53,346 nt of DNA from IMG/VR virus record IMGVR_UViG_3300036982_000579, positions 1-53,346 of that record; one strand, written 5' to 3'. Source of the stretch: a virus (lineage: Duplodnaviria; Caudoviricetes). The notes under the pieces were generated by a model, which saw only the letters and a list, made by a program, of their open reading frames with translations, was not told the origin of the DNA and searched no databases. Positions 11,701 to 20,430 of this stretch are shown one piece after another. A program made the position numbers and the translations under genes. Numbering within the stretch: the first letter of the stretch is position 1; every line of letters begins with the position of its first letter.

Positions 11701-11908
11701 TCAAGCTGCCGGTCAGCGTGCGGCCACACAGAACGCCTCAGAGAGCGTCCCGCTGGGCGGCGCTGCGGCGGGTAGTGTTGAGGTTCAAGGTTTGTTCCCC
11801 GGTCAGGGCAACACTTACAACATTTACGGGATCAGTATGGCACAGGTGATTGCTGAAATTGAGGCTCGTGAACAGGCTTCCACACGCGTGAACTTTACGA
11901 GGCGCTAA
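5708..11908 (+). CDS. tape measure protein
   Basis: 2066 aa, Ala/Gly/Leu-rich; LGKALNDP..G.TAL and ANPIGL motifs; W/F-periodic repeats; C-terminal SLHASGRAVDF...HHDHVH. Confidence 0.95.
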   Translation: MADVIGRAVIEIVPDFSLFRKEMAQTVQALTREMSQQLAKADVAAPLAKTFGEAGKKASDNLLAATGKAFSDVAADASKAGEKVSSSLQDSARKSSAAFESVDKAVEFQKLMSSAYGAGEKVTSAFKESARQSSAALDTVSRTGAFQGLSATASAVGEKITGAFKESARQASTALRSVADGSAFTGLAAAASAAGEKVTGAFKEAGRQGQTALRAIGDSSTFQGLLSAAKSAGERITGEFKESARESERAMQKVETAGKTGMGGFGKAAIGIGVATAGFYVLSGAIKESVEAANESARIGRITESVIAATGGAANLSAKQIDDLALSLSNKTGIDDEAIKQSSNVLLTFKNIKDQMGEGNDIFARTQKAVLDVSTVLGKDFAGSSVMLGKALNDPLKGMTALGKAGIQFTAEQKETIKGLVEAGDLLGAQKMILAEVEGQVGGAAAAAANPMERLKTVVDNLKESFGAGLLPIVTVFADVFSKLAETLGPILQEVGAALGGALGPLMEAVGPILTTLGSSFAGLLEGITPGLEILAGAFAETFSTLGPIIAETFGSIGSVIGTLLPIFAPIIGILGNLAEAILPILAQAFYTFGYVLESVIAPVLNVLGPLIATLVTQLGDVFLQVVIALSGPLLTIAEVIGGALATALTVIAPFLQTIISTFAEMITGLLPVLVPLLMAMAEAFGTLLTAVLPLLPMIVDLVANVGGIFLEAILAVLPVIIELVTAFATGLAPVMEGIKPLIAAVGDVFLAITPFIPILADAILQVALAVVGLLPSLLPLVNVMVTLLTAIIPIIPQLADMAVQAILLLPPIVGLVAKLLEFEPLLYLIVGALAAYYAAQLLGNIANGAAAALFVAQNAAITIYSGLMKAAKVATAVWTGAQWLLNAALNANPIGLIVVAIAALVAGVVLAYKNFKPFRDIVDKIGDFFQNTLWPAIKKIADIIGGALMTAVDAVWPIFEKLFDIMKGLYLQPLIDAFNTLKKLFTGDFKGALEGVKNLFSNLGETFGKIGDLAGTLIGALMPALASVGSWLMNEGIPMLLGFIMDGLKKLPGLLLSLGGFLFDGLKLAFNFLVENGPMILATLYGWISGIGSTLIGLLGDLGGMLLGWLTTAFNWLVENGPGILATLWGWISGIPGMLLGLLGNLGGMLLGWLTSAFNWLVENGPGILATLLGWVLTIPTLIVNGLIALGGLLFDGIKIAFGFIVEKGPDILLTMLNWVLTIPGLILKGLIALGGLLFDGVKIAFGFIVEKGPDILLTMLNWVLTIPRLIVNGLLTLGSLLFNGVKIAFDFIVTKGPEVLATVVGWVTGVPATLLAGLGAIGDKLFGWAKAGFDMIRDRGGELLTGAVDFFRGIPGKLIGALGDAAGGASNFASKIFNSLRGFINDKLINKLRNISVFGAKPFEGIPTIPEIKLAEGGIITKATNAIVGEDGPEVVIPLTKPERAKELLVQSGLMDIISSGSPGIAMSSPSSTPDTDGISSTITTALSSVVDSAIVALQPIKDWFATLSTVAIESLKTFGETVWAGIQVTFQFLATQILTLLKSLTAYIALWPMTISALLANTGGLIWLSMAGGMGAFAASFKAVFADLSVYVTTWKTGLETSFSALPAYMGGIASGITGAVAAPFRTFASSIWNPFARTLTGALDQIPATANINIPSLSFPTAHSGGVIGGRLPETGGPFESSEMLVKMQRGEGVIPASVMKAMTPAEFETIRRGDFGERDPRADMAMTSRFLPQMGAPAAPMPPLGGESFATLPSSILEGLKDALKVTFTEAKNLTEQAFYAPKYLGGIASSAAMGGLGFVGQKIEEANKATAEAMGGVGTAFPGGAPIGLPAAIERLRQVAGRPGNYRALIDYMTATQVPFRAVSMVRAGATTRGSGGARASLHASGRAVDFAGLRASRDSPELLRIYRAFEPVRGILQELIYSGPGGGFVRNPITRADHHDHVHAGLANGAYVRNRMTALIGESGPEVVIPLTRPMRALQLAEQSGLLGVLSQAAGQRAATQNASESVPLGGAAAGSVEVQGLFPGQGNTYNIYGISMAQVIAEIEAREQASTRVNFTRR

Positions 11909-13818
11909 TGTATCAAGCCTACTGTTACGGCAACCAAGTTGAGTTGTGGAACAATCAACGCACCTTGGATTATCTACGCGGTAATCCGTATGGGGTTGAC
12001 GCTGCAACAGTTCTCGGCGGGTACGCAGCAGGGGTAGCGGGGAATCTTGGCCCGTATGCGGTGAACAAGGTTCCGTGTTCTCCTGCTTCAGCATTGTTTT
12101 GCGATCAACCTAACGGCACTGAAATTATTGAGCTTGAGGTTGCGCAGACGGATGACTTGATCGACTCAGCCGACTTTGGCGGTATTCCACTGCTGCCCGG
12201 TTCAAGCTTGGACCCTGCTGCACTCAATTTGTTGTTTGACAACTTTGCTGCTCCTCCGGCTTCAGGTGTCATGGGAGCGGGTGTTCTGATGCCGACTGTC
12301 CCGCCGGTGTTGGGAGCGGTTGTTATCGGTTGTAACATCACAGGAATCACGGTCGACGCGACAGGGTGGACCGCGTTGGATTCGGATGTGTACTTGTGGT
12401 CGCTTGACGATCTGAGTAATCCGCTGCCGGGTTCGACTTTGCTTACAGGTGCGGGGTCTGCGGGCTGGAACTTCTTTCCAACTGGAACAGCGGCGCAGTT
12501 GTTGTCTCAACCGGCAGGCGCGGTTGATGTTGAGTTCCGTTGGGACACACCTATCGTGGGGGCATCGTTCCCCGCTGTGAGTTTCGTTTGTGCTGATGCG
12601 GGCGGTGGTATCGCGCCTGTCAGTATTCAAGCAACAGGCTGGACTTGGGTTTGGGGTGTTCCTGTCGATACCGGCACTTACGTTCTTGACCTAACCGACG
12701 GCGCTGATTCTCCACCGTGGTTCGACCCCGATGTTCCTGACTCCGCAGACTTCTATGGTCTGTTCGTTGAAGACATAACTGGTTTCGACTCGGTTGTGCA
12801 ACGCGATCTGACTGCCGCGTCGATCTATGGCGGAAGTTTGGGGCCACTAAAGTTGGGGCCACGAACACTCACCGTCACGGGTTACTTGTTTGCAAAGACC
12901 TGTTGTGGTTCAGAGTACGGGCTGCATTGGTTGAACGAGGCGCTCATCGGTTCCACAGGGTGCGACGACTGCGCAATAGGCGACTTCTTCATGTTGAAGT
13001 GCTGCCCGCCAGAAGACGCAGACCCGATTGACTACGGCAGACTCCTGCACCGGACAGGGCTAGTTGACGGACCCAAGGTCGTCGACAAGTTCGGCACCTG
13101 CTGCGATCAGTGCGGGTATACGACGTTGAAGGTTCAGTTCACGATTGCATCCGAGTTGCCGTACATCTTCTCCGACCTGACGTTCCCGGTGTTTGAGGAA
13201 CCGTTCGGTGAAACAGAATACGAACGGTGTTTCTTCAACTGCACTGACTGCCCGCCCGTCATACCCTCCACCTTCATTCCCGACTGCGGCCCAGCGCGTA
13301 TCGCCCCGCCGCTTCCGTTTATCCCTGACGATGATTGCTTCTGTGAGCCGTGGGTAACGAAACAGATATGCGCGTCCTACACAAACATTGCTGACTGGAA
13401 TAGTGCAACTTCTTTCATCCAGATTTTTGCGGGCGCTACCGATCTGCGGAACCTGAAAATCTCGGCTTACGAAAACCCTCGCGCTGAACTTGGTGTGCCT
13501 TGCCCGTGCGGAATCATAACCGATGACCCTATTTGGAAATGTGTGGAGCCGTGCCAAGAGCTAACCGTTCCACAACTTCCATCCGGTTCGACGCTCACGA
13601 TTGACTCGCGCACGCGTATCGTTTCGCTGCAACTCGCAGGCGGCGGATACGTTTCGGGTCAAGGCATTGTTGGCTCGGCAGGGTACGCAGGGTTTCAATG
13701 GTTTGATCTTCCGCAGTGCGCCAGCCTGTGTTTCGTCATCTCTGTTGATGCACGCGTTTCTGATAGTGCGTGGGTGACGATTGGCGCGGCGGGCAAGTTC
13801 TTAGCATCGGGCGGCTGA
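11908..13818 (+). CDS. minor tail protein (distal-tail-like)
   Basis: immediately after tape measure; GPRTLTVTG and LTIDSRTR motifs; Cys-rich. Confidence 0.7.
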   Translation: MYQAYCYGNQVELWNNQRTLDYLRGNPYGVDAATVLGGYAAGVAGNLGPYAVNKVPCSPASALFCDQPNGTEIIELEVAQTDDLIDSADFGGIPLLPGSSLDPAALNLLFDNFAAPPASGVMGAGVLMPTVPPVLGAVVIGCNITGITVDATGWTALDSDVYLWSLDDLSNPLPGSTLLTGAGSAGWNFFPTGTAAQLLSQPAGAVDVEFRWDTPIVGASFPAVSFVCADAGGGIAPVSIQATGWTWVWGVPVDTGTYVLDLTDGADSPPWFDPDVPDSADFYGLFVEDITGFDSVVQRDLTAASIYGGSLGPLKLGPRTLTVTGYLFAKTCCGSEYGLHWLNEALIGSTGCDDCAIGDFFMLKCCPPEDADPIDYGRLLHRTGLVDGPKVVDKFGTCCDQCGYTTLKVQFTIASELPYIFSDLTFPVFEEPFGETEYERCFFNCTDCPPVIPSTFIPDCGPARIAPPLPFIPDDDCFCEPWVTKQICASYTNIADWNSATSFIQIFAGATDLRNLKISAYENPRAELGVPCPCGIITDDPIWKCVEPCQELTVPQLPSGSTLTIDSRTRIVSLQLAGGGYVSGQGIVGSAGYAGFQWFDLPQCASLCFVISVDARVSDSAWVTIGAAGKFLASGG

Positions 13819-13820
13819 CC

Positions 13821-15761
13821 GTGGCTATCTACGGGGAACTCCTTATCGGGTACGACCCCGGAGTCTGTGTGGCTTACCCGGCGCAAGTCTTAGATATTTC
13901 AGTTGTCAACATTGTTAGCACTAACCCAATCGTCAAATGGCTTTATTATTTCAGCAGTGGTTTGGTAACTAAGTTCGATGCGACACCCGCTCAAATTACG
14001 GGTTACGGCGGCGATGTATGTAATGCTTGTGAGTCCCTCTCTGTATACATAGAGGACTCGCTCGGAAACATATACGAATGCTTCGACGCTGACGGCTACT
14101 CGGTTATCCGATCACAGCCTCAAGATGTGTTCACGGGGTTAGTTCCATCTCCCGTTGCATCTTTCGGTGTTCCACTAAACGGCGTGATGCAGTCTGGTGT
14201 AGCGGCACAGTATGACGGTATAGGGTGCTACGGGCCTTGTTTCTCTTGTATCAACTATTTCCCACACGTATGGGAATCATCCATATGGACAGACGGTATT
14301 GTCTTTGAGACAACAGCTTCGGTTGTACCGGGCGGCATGTTTCTACAAACAACAGCAACTCTAGAGGTGCCGCTTGTAGAAGGATCAAGTTTTGCTGCAT
14401 TTGGAATATCAACTTCCGGTGACGCAGTACCACCTTGGACGCAAGCTTCTCAGATTTCTAGCCCGTCACTCGCGGTGACGATCTTCAGCACGGCTTCAAG
14501 TTTTACTTCACTTGGTCCGGTCCCCGAGGGGTTCGGATGGTCAAACGACAGCCCAATCGCCGCAGGAGAAACCATCGTTTTTTCTGGAACGATTCCAACT
14601 GTTTATCCGGTACACAGTCTTGTAGTTTTCTTTGGAAGCGAAAATGGTCCGGGGGTAGAATCAACCTCGATTTCGGGCGCGTTGATCCCACCGTTCCAAT
14701 CTGTTCTCACACCAACTTGTCTGCCCGGTGCAACTCTCGGCGTAGGCGACGACCTACAAGTCCTACTAATGACCCGCGGCGGGGGAAGTGTGATCGCAGA
14801 ACTCAACCCCGTATCCGGTTCCTTCACACGCGACGTTGACGCGACCTCAACCCTAGAAATGACCGGCGTGACTTCTGGTCTACTCGGAGAATCCTGCTGC
14901 GATAATTGGGATGAGGTGTACCCGTGGAACACCGAAATCATCGTTTACCGCGACGGCAGGGACGCTTGGTGCGGCCCAGTAACGGGCGTTCAGTTTGGCT
15001 ACGGGACTGTGAAAGTGACTGCTGCTGATCTTACTGCGTGGTGGGATCGGCGTGTGTTGCCGACGAATCTGAACTTTGTGAACGTGGACCTTGCGACGAT
15101 CTTTGAGTCTGTTGTTACTTCCGCAATGTCTACTGATCCGGTGGCGAACTTCAGTATCACGACGACCCCGACAGGCATTCTCGGTTCACGAACCTATTTA
15201 CAAACAGATTACAAGTACGCGTCTGATCTTTTATCTGAACTAGCTAAGACAGGAATCGACTACTCGGCATACGGGCGGAGCATTCTTTGCGGCGGCGAGC
15301 AAGTCCCTGCCGATCCATACGTTGTTCTGACGGACGAGTTTTGGGTCCAGCCACCCACGATCAGTGCTAGGGGCAACGATCAGGCCACACAGGTGATCGT
15401 TCTCGGTAAAGGCGTTACGGGCATCGCGACTGCTACCACGGCTTATACGGACTTCTACGGCCTTCTCGTGCGAACCTTCAGCGAGACAGAGATTGAAGAT
15501 GCTGCGTCTGCACAGTCGGCGGCAAACACACGACTCGCGTTGCTGCAAGATCAGCTTTATATCGAAGCGGGAACGGGCGGTGGCCTGAAACCAACAGCGC
15601 CGATCACGCTGCCGGAGTTGATACCGGGGATCAGGGTGCGAGTTGATAGCTCGGCTTCATGCCGTCAGGTCGTAGCGGACTTCAGATTGAAGTCTGTGAA
15701 AGTCGGGTTTGATGGTAGCGTTGCTATTGACTTGCAACCTCTTGGAACGGTTGGCACCTGA
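13821..15761 (+). CDS. minor tail/baseplate hub protein
   Basis: PWNTEIIVYRDGRDAWCGPV...VTAADLTAW; ELIPGIRV C-terminus; GTG start at 13821. Confidence 0.7.
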   Translation: MAIYGELLIGYDPGVCVAYPAQVLDISVVNIVSTNPIVKWLYYFSSGLVTKFDATPAQITGYGGDVCNACESLSVYIEDSLGNIYECFDADGYSVIRSQPQDVFTGLVPSPVASFGVPLNGVMQSGVAAQYDGIGCYGPCFSCINYFPHVWESSIWTDGIVFETTASVVPGGMFLQTTATLEVPLVEGSSFAAFGISTSGDAVPPWTQASQISSPSLAVTIFSTASSFTSLGPVPEGFGWSNDSPIAAGETIVFSGTIPTVYPVHSLVVFFGSENGPGVESTSISGALIPPFQSVLTPTCLPGATLGVGDDLQVLLMTRGGGSVIAELNPVSGSFTRDVDATSTLEMTGVTSGLLGESCCDNWDEVYPWNTEIIVYRDGRDAWCGPVTGVQFGYGTVKVTAADLTAWWDRRVLPTNLNFVNVDLATIFESVVTSAMSTDPVANFSITTTPTGILGSRTYLQTDYKYASDLLSELAKTGIDYSAYGRSILCGGEQVPADPYVVLTDEFWVQPPTISARGNDQATQVIVLGKGVTGIATATTAYTDFYGLLVRTFSETEIEDAASAQSAANTRLALLQDQLYIEAGTGGGLKPTAPITLPELIPGIRVRVDSSASCRQVVADFRLKSVKVGFDGSVAIDLQPLGTVGT

Positions 15762-15949
15762 TGTCTTTTCGTGATGATGAACGCAATCTAGGTCACCGGA
15801 TCGCAGACTTGGAAGCGCGTGTTCGTGCGTTGGAACAGCCCGGTGCGTTGCCTCCTGATCGTGGTTGGATTCTCGCTCAGGTCGGTGTCGACCTCAAATA
15901 CTTGTACGTTCCCACTGGGGTGTACGGACCGATTATTGGTAGTCAGTAG
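15761..15949 (+). CDS. small tail-associated protein
   Basis: RIADLEARVRALE coiled coil; coupled to upstream stop. Confidence 0.55.
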   Translation: MSFRDDERNLGHRIADLEARVRALEQPGALPPDRGWILAQVGVDLKYLYVPTGVYGPIIGSQ

Positions 15950-15963
15950 GTTAGGATTCTGTC

Positions 15964-16500
15964 ATGGCTCGTTGTGGATGTTCTTCTCAGTGTGTGTGTA
16001 GCGTTACGGGTGGTGACTGCGCTGTTGTCTCAGGCAATGGTTCTGTTGGTACGCCTTACACGGTTGATATTGTTGTTGATCCTTCAAGCGTAAATATGCT
16101 TGAATGTGGTGAAACTGGTTTGCTGGTTGAGTTGCAAACCGCTGACACGACTTGCATTGACTTGTCAGGTGCGGGCGTTGTGGGCTTTCCGCTTTTCGCA
16201 ACCCCGATCATTGACCCTGCTGCGGATAATATCTTGGAATGCGGTATTGCTGGCCTTCTAGCTAACATCTCTGTTGGCGAGACGAACTGCATTGAACTTT
16301 CCGGTACGGGAACCGTTGGCAATCCGCTTCTCGCTACTCCTGTGATTGCTGCCGTAGCTGGAAACATTTTGGAATGTGGCGCGTCTGGTCTGGTTGCTGG
16401 CGGTGCTGACTTCAAGACATGGGTGACAGGGATTTCTACGGCTCCAAGTCTTGCTGACCTGAAAGCGCACACCGTTACTTATCTTGCGACACTTCCTTGA
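15964..16500 (+). CDS. minor tail protein with internal repeats
   Basis: MARCGC start; three copies of G.G..G.P.......N.LECG..GL. Confidence 0.6.
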   Translation: MARCGCSSQCVCSVTGGDCAVVSGNGSVGTPYTVDIVVDPSSVNMLECGETGLLVELQTADTTCIDLSGAGVVGFPLFATPIIDPAADNILECGIAGLLANISVGETNCIELSGTGTVGNPLLATPVIAAVAGNILECGASGLVAGGADFKTWVTGISTAPSLADLKAHTVTYLATLP

Positions 16501-16511
16501 GAGGATTCTAA

Positions 16512-17348
16512 ATGGCACAGTGTGGTGTACCAACAGCGGCATGGCCGTATGCGACTTGTGATATTGACACAGAAAACGGTTTGCATTGGGATAACGCGAC
16601 CAACAAGTTTTGGGTTCAGCCGGAGTCCAACACAAATCATCAGGTTGGGGCGTTGTCTTCAATCTTTGCACCGAGTCTTGGTAACTATTGGCGAGACAAG
16701 AACGGACCGTTTGGCAATCAAAAAGTGGTTTGGTGGGCTGAATCTAATAGGGTTCTTGGTCAACGGGTTTTCTTTGAGATTATCCGGAAGCAGGATTCGA
16801 TTATGACGGTGACTAATACTTCATGCAAGAGTAGGTCGATTTCAGCTTGTGTAGACTTCCCGCAGATTTCGCATTATGTGACTATGCAGTCACCTTGGTG
16901 CGCTCTGATCGGACTACTTTGGTATGAAATATATCCGACATCTACGGGACCGACAGGTGCATGGGTTCAGGCATTCGGTATATCTCAGAATGTTGCGTTT
17001 GCACACGCGGCGGTTACCCCGTTCAACAACCCGCTTGCGGTCAATTATCCGTGGGAGCCGACTTATGGTGGCGACACATACGGTTCAGGCTGGATCACAT
17101 CCTCGAATCAAAACCCGCTGTACGATGGTGGTGGTAACGGCTTGGTAGCTAAACTCGAACAGATGGCTAGCCTCAACTGGATCGGCGGCGTGCTTCCCGT
17201 GGGGCATTCAATCAACATGAGTTACAACGTGAGTGCTATTTCCCCTTTCAATCCGCTATTCACCCCGTTTGGCGTTGCTGATGCCCCGTGGCTTGCGAGT
17301 TATACGTCGATCATTACAAGTGGAGTCTTGAACTCGGTGTTGATATGA
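16512..17348 (+). CDS. putative tail fibre/receptor-binding protein
   Basis: position; aromatic, beta-rich composition. Confidence 0.45.
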   Translation: MAQCGVPTAAWPYATCDIDTENGLHWDNATNKFWVQPESNTNHQVGALSSIFAPSLGNYWRDKNGPFGNQKVVWWAESNRVLGQRVFFEIIRKQDSIMTVTNTSCKSRSISACVDFPQISHYVTMQSPWCALIGLLWYEIYPTSTGPTGAWVQAFGISQNVAFAHAAVTPFNNPLAVNYPWEPTYGGDTYGSGWITSSNQNPLYDGGGNGLVAKLEQMASLNWIGGVLPVGHSINMSYNVSAISPFNPLFTPFGVADAPWLASYTSIITSGVLNSVLI

Positions 17349-17860
17349 CCAACCTTGAACCGCCTCAACCTCAACCGTGGCCTGAACTACCTATTATTGA
17401 ACCTCAAACGTGGGCTGAACTACCGAACACAATTCCCGGTGTTGTCGCGTTCTTCGCTGACGCAATCCAAACATCTCGTGAGCGCACTGTTGTTCCCTTT
17501 GATATGCCAACAGACTCGGCGGCAGCGTTAGAAAACGCTGTCAATAACCCTCCCCCTGAGTTGCTTCCTTCTCCTGAGTATCTTGCTCAAAGAGCGGCGA
17601 TAGAATCACTTGGGTTAGACCCTGACATTCTCGCCCCGATCACAACTGTAAACATTCCGATAGGTATGTTTCTGCATCTGTTGACGTATTCTGAGTCAAC
17701 AACCCGTGAGTGGATTCTTGGTAACGGCTGGTCACAAGCGGACTGCGACACGATCTGCTCGCAACTCGTCTTCGTCGACCCCGAGGCGGTAGCATATGTG
17801 GCTACGCTCACACCGGGCGTGCAGACGATCAACGGCAACCTCGTCAACATCATCCTCTAG
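17345..17860 (+). CDS. hypothetical protein
   Basis: ATGA overlap with upstream stop. Confidence 0.6.
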   Translation: MTNLEPPQPQPWPELPIIEPQTWAELPNTIPGVVAFFADAIQTSRERTVVPFDMPTDSAAALENAVNNPPPELLPSPEYLAQRAAIESLGLDPDILAPITTVNIPIGMFLHLLTYSESTTREWILGNGWSQADCDTICSQLVFVDPEAVAYVATLTPGVQTINGNLVNIIL

Positions 17861-17868
17861 GACCAAAC

Positions 17869-18240
17869 ATGACTCTTTATAAAGCACTGTTCAGTCTTCC
17901 CAAGCACCCGTTCGGGACAGTGCAGAACCTTGATCCTGCGGACCCGGTGGTCGTCCAGCGGGTGAAGTCGGGGATGCTTGTTCCTGTTGCCGTGCCGGGT
18001 GATACAACGCCTGTATGGGCCACTGAAGCACCTGTGGAAGCTGCTCCGGTTGAAGCTGCGCCTGCGCCTAAGAAACGTGCGGCCCGCAAGAAGCCTGAAC
18101 CAGAGGTTGAGACTCCTGACCCTAACCCTCAAGTAGAGGTTGAGGGTTCAGAAGAAACCGCCGCCACGCCTGCCCAGCCTGACACGATGACGGTTGAAGC
18201 GCCGTCGTCGGTGATGACTTCTTGGAATCTGTCTGACTGA
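17869..18240 (+). CDS. hypothetical protein, Pro/Ala/Glu-rich tail
   Basis: ORF; low-complexity C-terminus. Confidence 0.6.
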   Translation: MTLYKALFSLPKHPFGTVQNLDPADPVVVQRVKSGMLVPVAVPGDTTPVWATEAPVEAAPVEAAPAPKKRAARKKPEPEVETPDPNPQVEVEGSEETAATPAQPDTMTVEAPSSVMTSWNLSD

Positions 18241-18431
18241 TGGCCTGCTCATGCAACCAAGGCAAAGCCGCTACTGAAGCGAACCCGTCGATCCTTGGTG
18301 ATGACGTTGGCGACACACAGCACGTTAGGGCGACTGTTGCTGTACTGGGCGCTCGGGCGGGGGAACTTACTTGGGTGCGGGGTTCGCACGTTCCGGGCAT
18401 GATACAAGCGGGCTGGTTGCAACCTGTCTAA
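18240..18431 (+). CDS. small MxCxC protein
   Basis: MACSCNQGK; TGATG coupling. Confidence 0.55.
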   Translation: MACSCNQGKAATEANPSILGDDVGDTQHVRATVAVLGARAGELTWVRGSHVPGMIQAGWLQPV

Positions 18432-18856
18432 CCGGCGGCGTTGATCTGAGCGGTGGCCGCGTCGAAGTTGTCGGATGCTTGGTTGAGGTAGGTAGTGGCG
18501 CTATCGTAATCGCCTGCCATGCACGCTGCTGCGGAGTCAACGAGGTTTTGGAATGCGTCAAGCATCGGCTGAAGTGGTGCGTCACTGTACTTGGCGAGTG
18601 CTTCAGATGCGGACTCGCTGAGGTTCTCGCAAGCTATTTCAACGACTCCGACGTTGCCGGTCTTTGTTGCTGCGGTCACTCCGGTCATGTCTGCTTGGAC
18701 TCCGCTTAGGTCATCCATGAAGGATGGTTGAGCGTTGAAGTATTCCTTCATGCTTTGCGGTGCGGGCGCTGCGAATGGTTCTTCGCTTGCGATTGTCGAA
18801 CCGCATCCGGTTGCTGCGATCAGAACAGCAACAACTAAAACCATTTTCTTATTCAC
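18428..18856 (-). CDS. lipoprotein
   Basis: NKKMVLVVAVLIAATG-C lipobox; RBS GGGAG before GTG. Confidence 0.7.
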   Translation of the reverse strand: MNKKMVLVVAVLIAATGCGSTIASEEPFAAPAPQSMKEYFNAQPSFMDDLSGVQADMTGVTAATKTGNVGVVEIACENLSESASEALAKYSDAPLQPMLDAFQNLVDSAAACMAGDYDSATTYLNQASDNFDAATAQINAAG

Positions 18857-18909
18857 TATCTTCTCCCTTGGTAGATGTCTACATGCTGCCACACGGTGTG
18901 GACTTGAAA

Positions 18910-19058
18910 GATCAGGAGGTGGCCGGGCGTGTGGTGCGTGTTAGCTCGGCGTTGCTCCTGCGAAAGCCCGGAGGCGTGACACTGTGGTGCGGTGCGTTGC
19001 TGCGAGGGACCACTACTAACCCTTTGAGGAGGGACGGTGGCCCGGCTACCACCTGATC
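18910..19058 (+). ncRNA. candidate ~150-nt structured RNA
   Basis: closing helix GATCAGGaGGTGGCCGGGC / GCCCGGCTACCaCCTGATC with a G-U pair on + strand; intergenic. Confidence 0.4.
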
Positions 19059-19158
19059 GTTCAGTTAGAAAGATTGCCCCGGCACCACCGGAGAGGAGAA
19101 AAGGAAGGGTGTAGTGATGCCGAGGACTAGCTCCCGATCAGGTATGAGGATCGGGGCG

Positions 19159-19362
19159 TTATGGTTTGCTGATGTAGCGGACGAATCGGTTGATAGGTCC
19201 GGGGCTTGGATAGCTAACCAGCAAGACTAACTTTTCTGCTCCATCGTCGAACAGCATTTCCATGTTCTCCTCGTTTGCGAGAAAGCTGCGGTTAGTAAGA
19301 CCGTTTGCGGGGCTAGGGAATGGTTCGCTGATTGCGAGCGTGTAGGTGTGTGTGGTTGACAT
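19159..19362 (-). CDS. hypothetical protein
   Basis: TAATG coupling, GGAGG RBS. Confidence 0.55.
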   Translation of the reverse strand: MSTTHTYTLAISEPFPSPANGLTNRSFLANEENMEMLFDDGAEKLVLLVSYPSPGPINRFVRYISKP

Positions 19363-19661
19363 TATTTTACCTCCTCCCATTCTTCAACGAACGGCAAAGC
19401 TTGGATGTACTCAAAGCTCCCGTCAGCGTGATGGATGTAGTAGTCGTCCCACAAGTCAGTCCCACCTTGATTACTGTCCTGCCAAGCTGACGGCAGTCCC
19501 GGTATCGAACGTGTCCAGTGCGTCGCAGTCGGGTGATTCTTCACAGCCCGATCAAACCGTTTCGCTTGATCGTCGTGCCACTTGAGTTTCTCAAGAATCT
19601 CAAGGTTCGTCCTTGCTCCTCGGTGTTTCTTTGGACTCTTTTTCCACTCTGTATTAGCCAT
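19362..19661 (-). CDS. hypothetical protein
   Basis: ORF in coupled minus-strand operon. Confidence 0.6.
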   Translation of the reverse strand: MANTEWKKSPKKHRGARTNLEILEKLKWHDDQAKRFDRAVKNHPTATHWTRSIPGLPSAWQDSNQGGTDLWDDYYIHHADGSFEYIQALPFVEEWEEVK

Positions 19662-19884
19662 TTGCTTGTCCTTTCAAGACTGTTTCGTTTTCTTGGTTAG
19701 CTGCGGTCCGCTCATCACGTTCCTCAATCCACTCGTCTTCATCCCAACAGGATTGCCCGTTGGCTTGCTTGTACCGGCGCTCGTCTGGCGAACTTCCACA
19801 GACGGCACATCCACCAACGACATCGCTGACATTTGAGGATTCGTACCAATGGATTCCACGGGGCGGTTCTGTTTGTTCGGGCAT
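19654..19884 (-). CDS. hypothetical protein
   Basis: RBS plus ATG at 19884; CAVC motif. Confidence 0.5.
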   Translation of the reverse strand: MPEQTEPPRGIHWYESSNVSDVVGGCAVCGSSPDERRYKQANGQSCWDEDEWIEERDERTAANQENETVLKGQANG

Positions 19885-19944
19885 CTCTGTTCCTTCCGTT
19901 AGCTGTTTGATTATTTTACATCGCACGATAGACGACAACGCCTA

Positions 19945-20421
19945 TCAAGTAACTCCTCGGATGCCCTTGGCGACCGACATCAAAGCCGTAGCCCGTGTCT
20001 GGACGGCACGGATATGCCGGTCAATCGACTTCTCCCGTGCCTCAAAAATCTTGTAAAGCCGATACAAGTCATCGCCAACCGCAGAATCAGGATCAGAAGG
20101 ATCAACCCGCGCACGCTTCGCCCGCGCCTCACGAATGTCCGCAGCCTCCTTATCGCCCCGATCAGCGATAGCTACAAGTATCCGGTCACGATGGCTTTTC
20201 CAATCCGCTTCAGCTTCAGCGGCCTGCTCCGCTGCCGAGTAATGCTGCTCAACCAGATCAGACAACTCGTCATCCACCCGCATGATCCGCCGCTCCACCT
20301 CGCCCAGCGAAGGCAACTCGGGAAGCATCTGCCCCCCGTTGTCTCTCGTTCGCCCGTTTCGTGCGCGTTGGTCAACGTGCCTAGCAGGACGGGCTGTTCT
20401 CGGATCGTAGTGGTCTGACAT
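19945..20421 (-). CDS. helical coiled-coil protein
   Basis: 158-aa ORF. Confidence 0.6.
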   Translation of the reverse strand: MSDHYDPRTARPARHVDQRARNGRTRDNGGQMLPELPSLGEVERRIMRVDDELSDLVEQHYSAAEQAAEAEADWKSHRDRILVAIADRGDKEAADIREARAKRARVDPSDPDSAVGDDLYRLYKIFEAREKSIDRHIRAVQTRATALMSVAKGIRGVT

Positions 20422-20430
20422 GCGACCATT

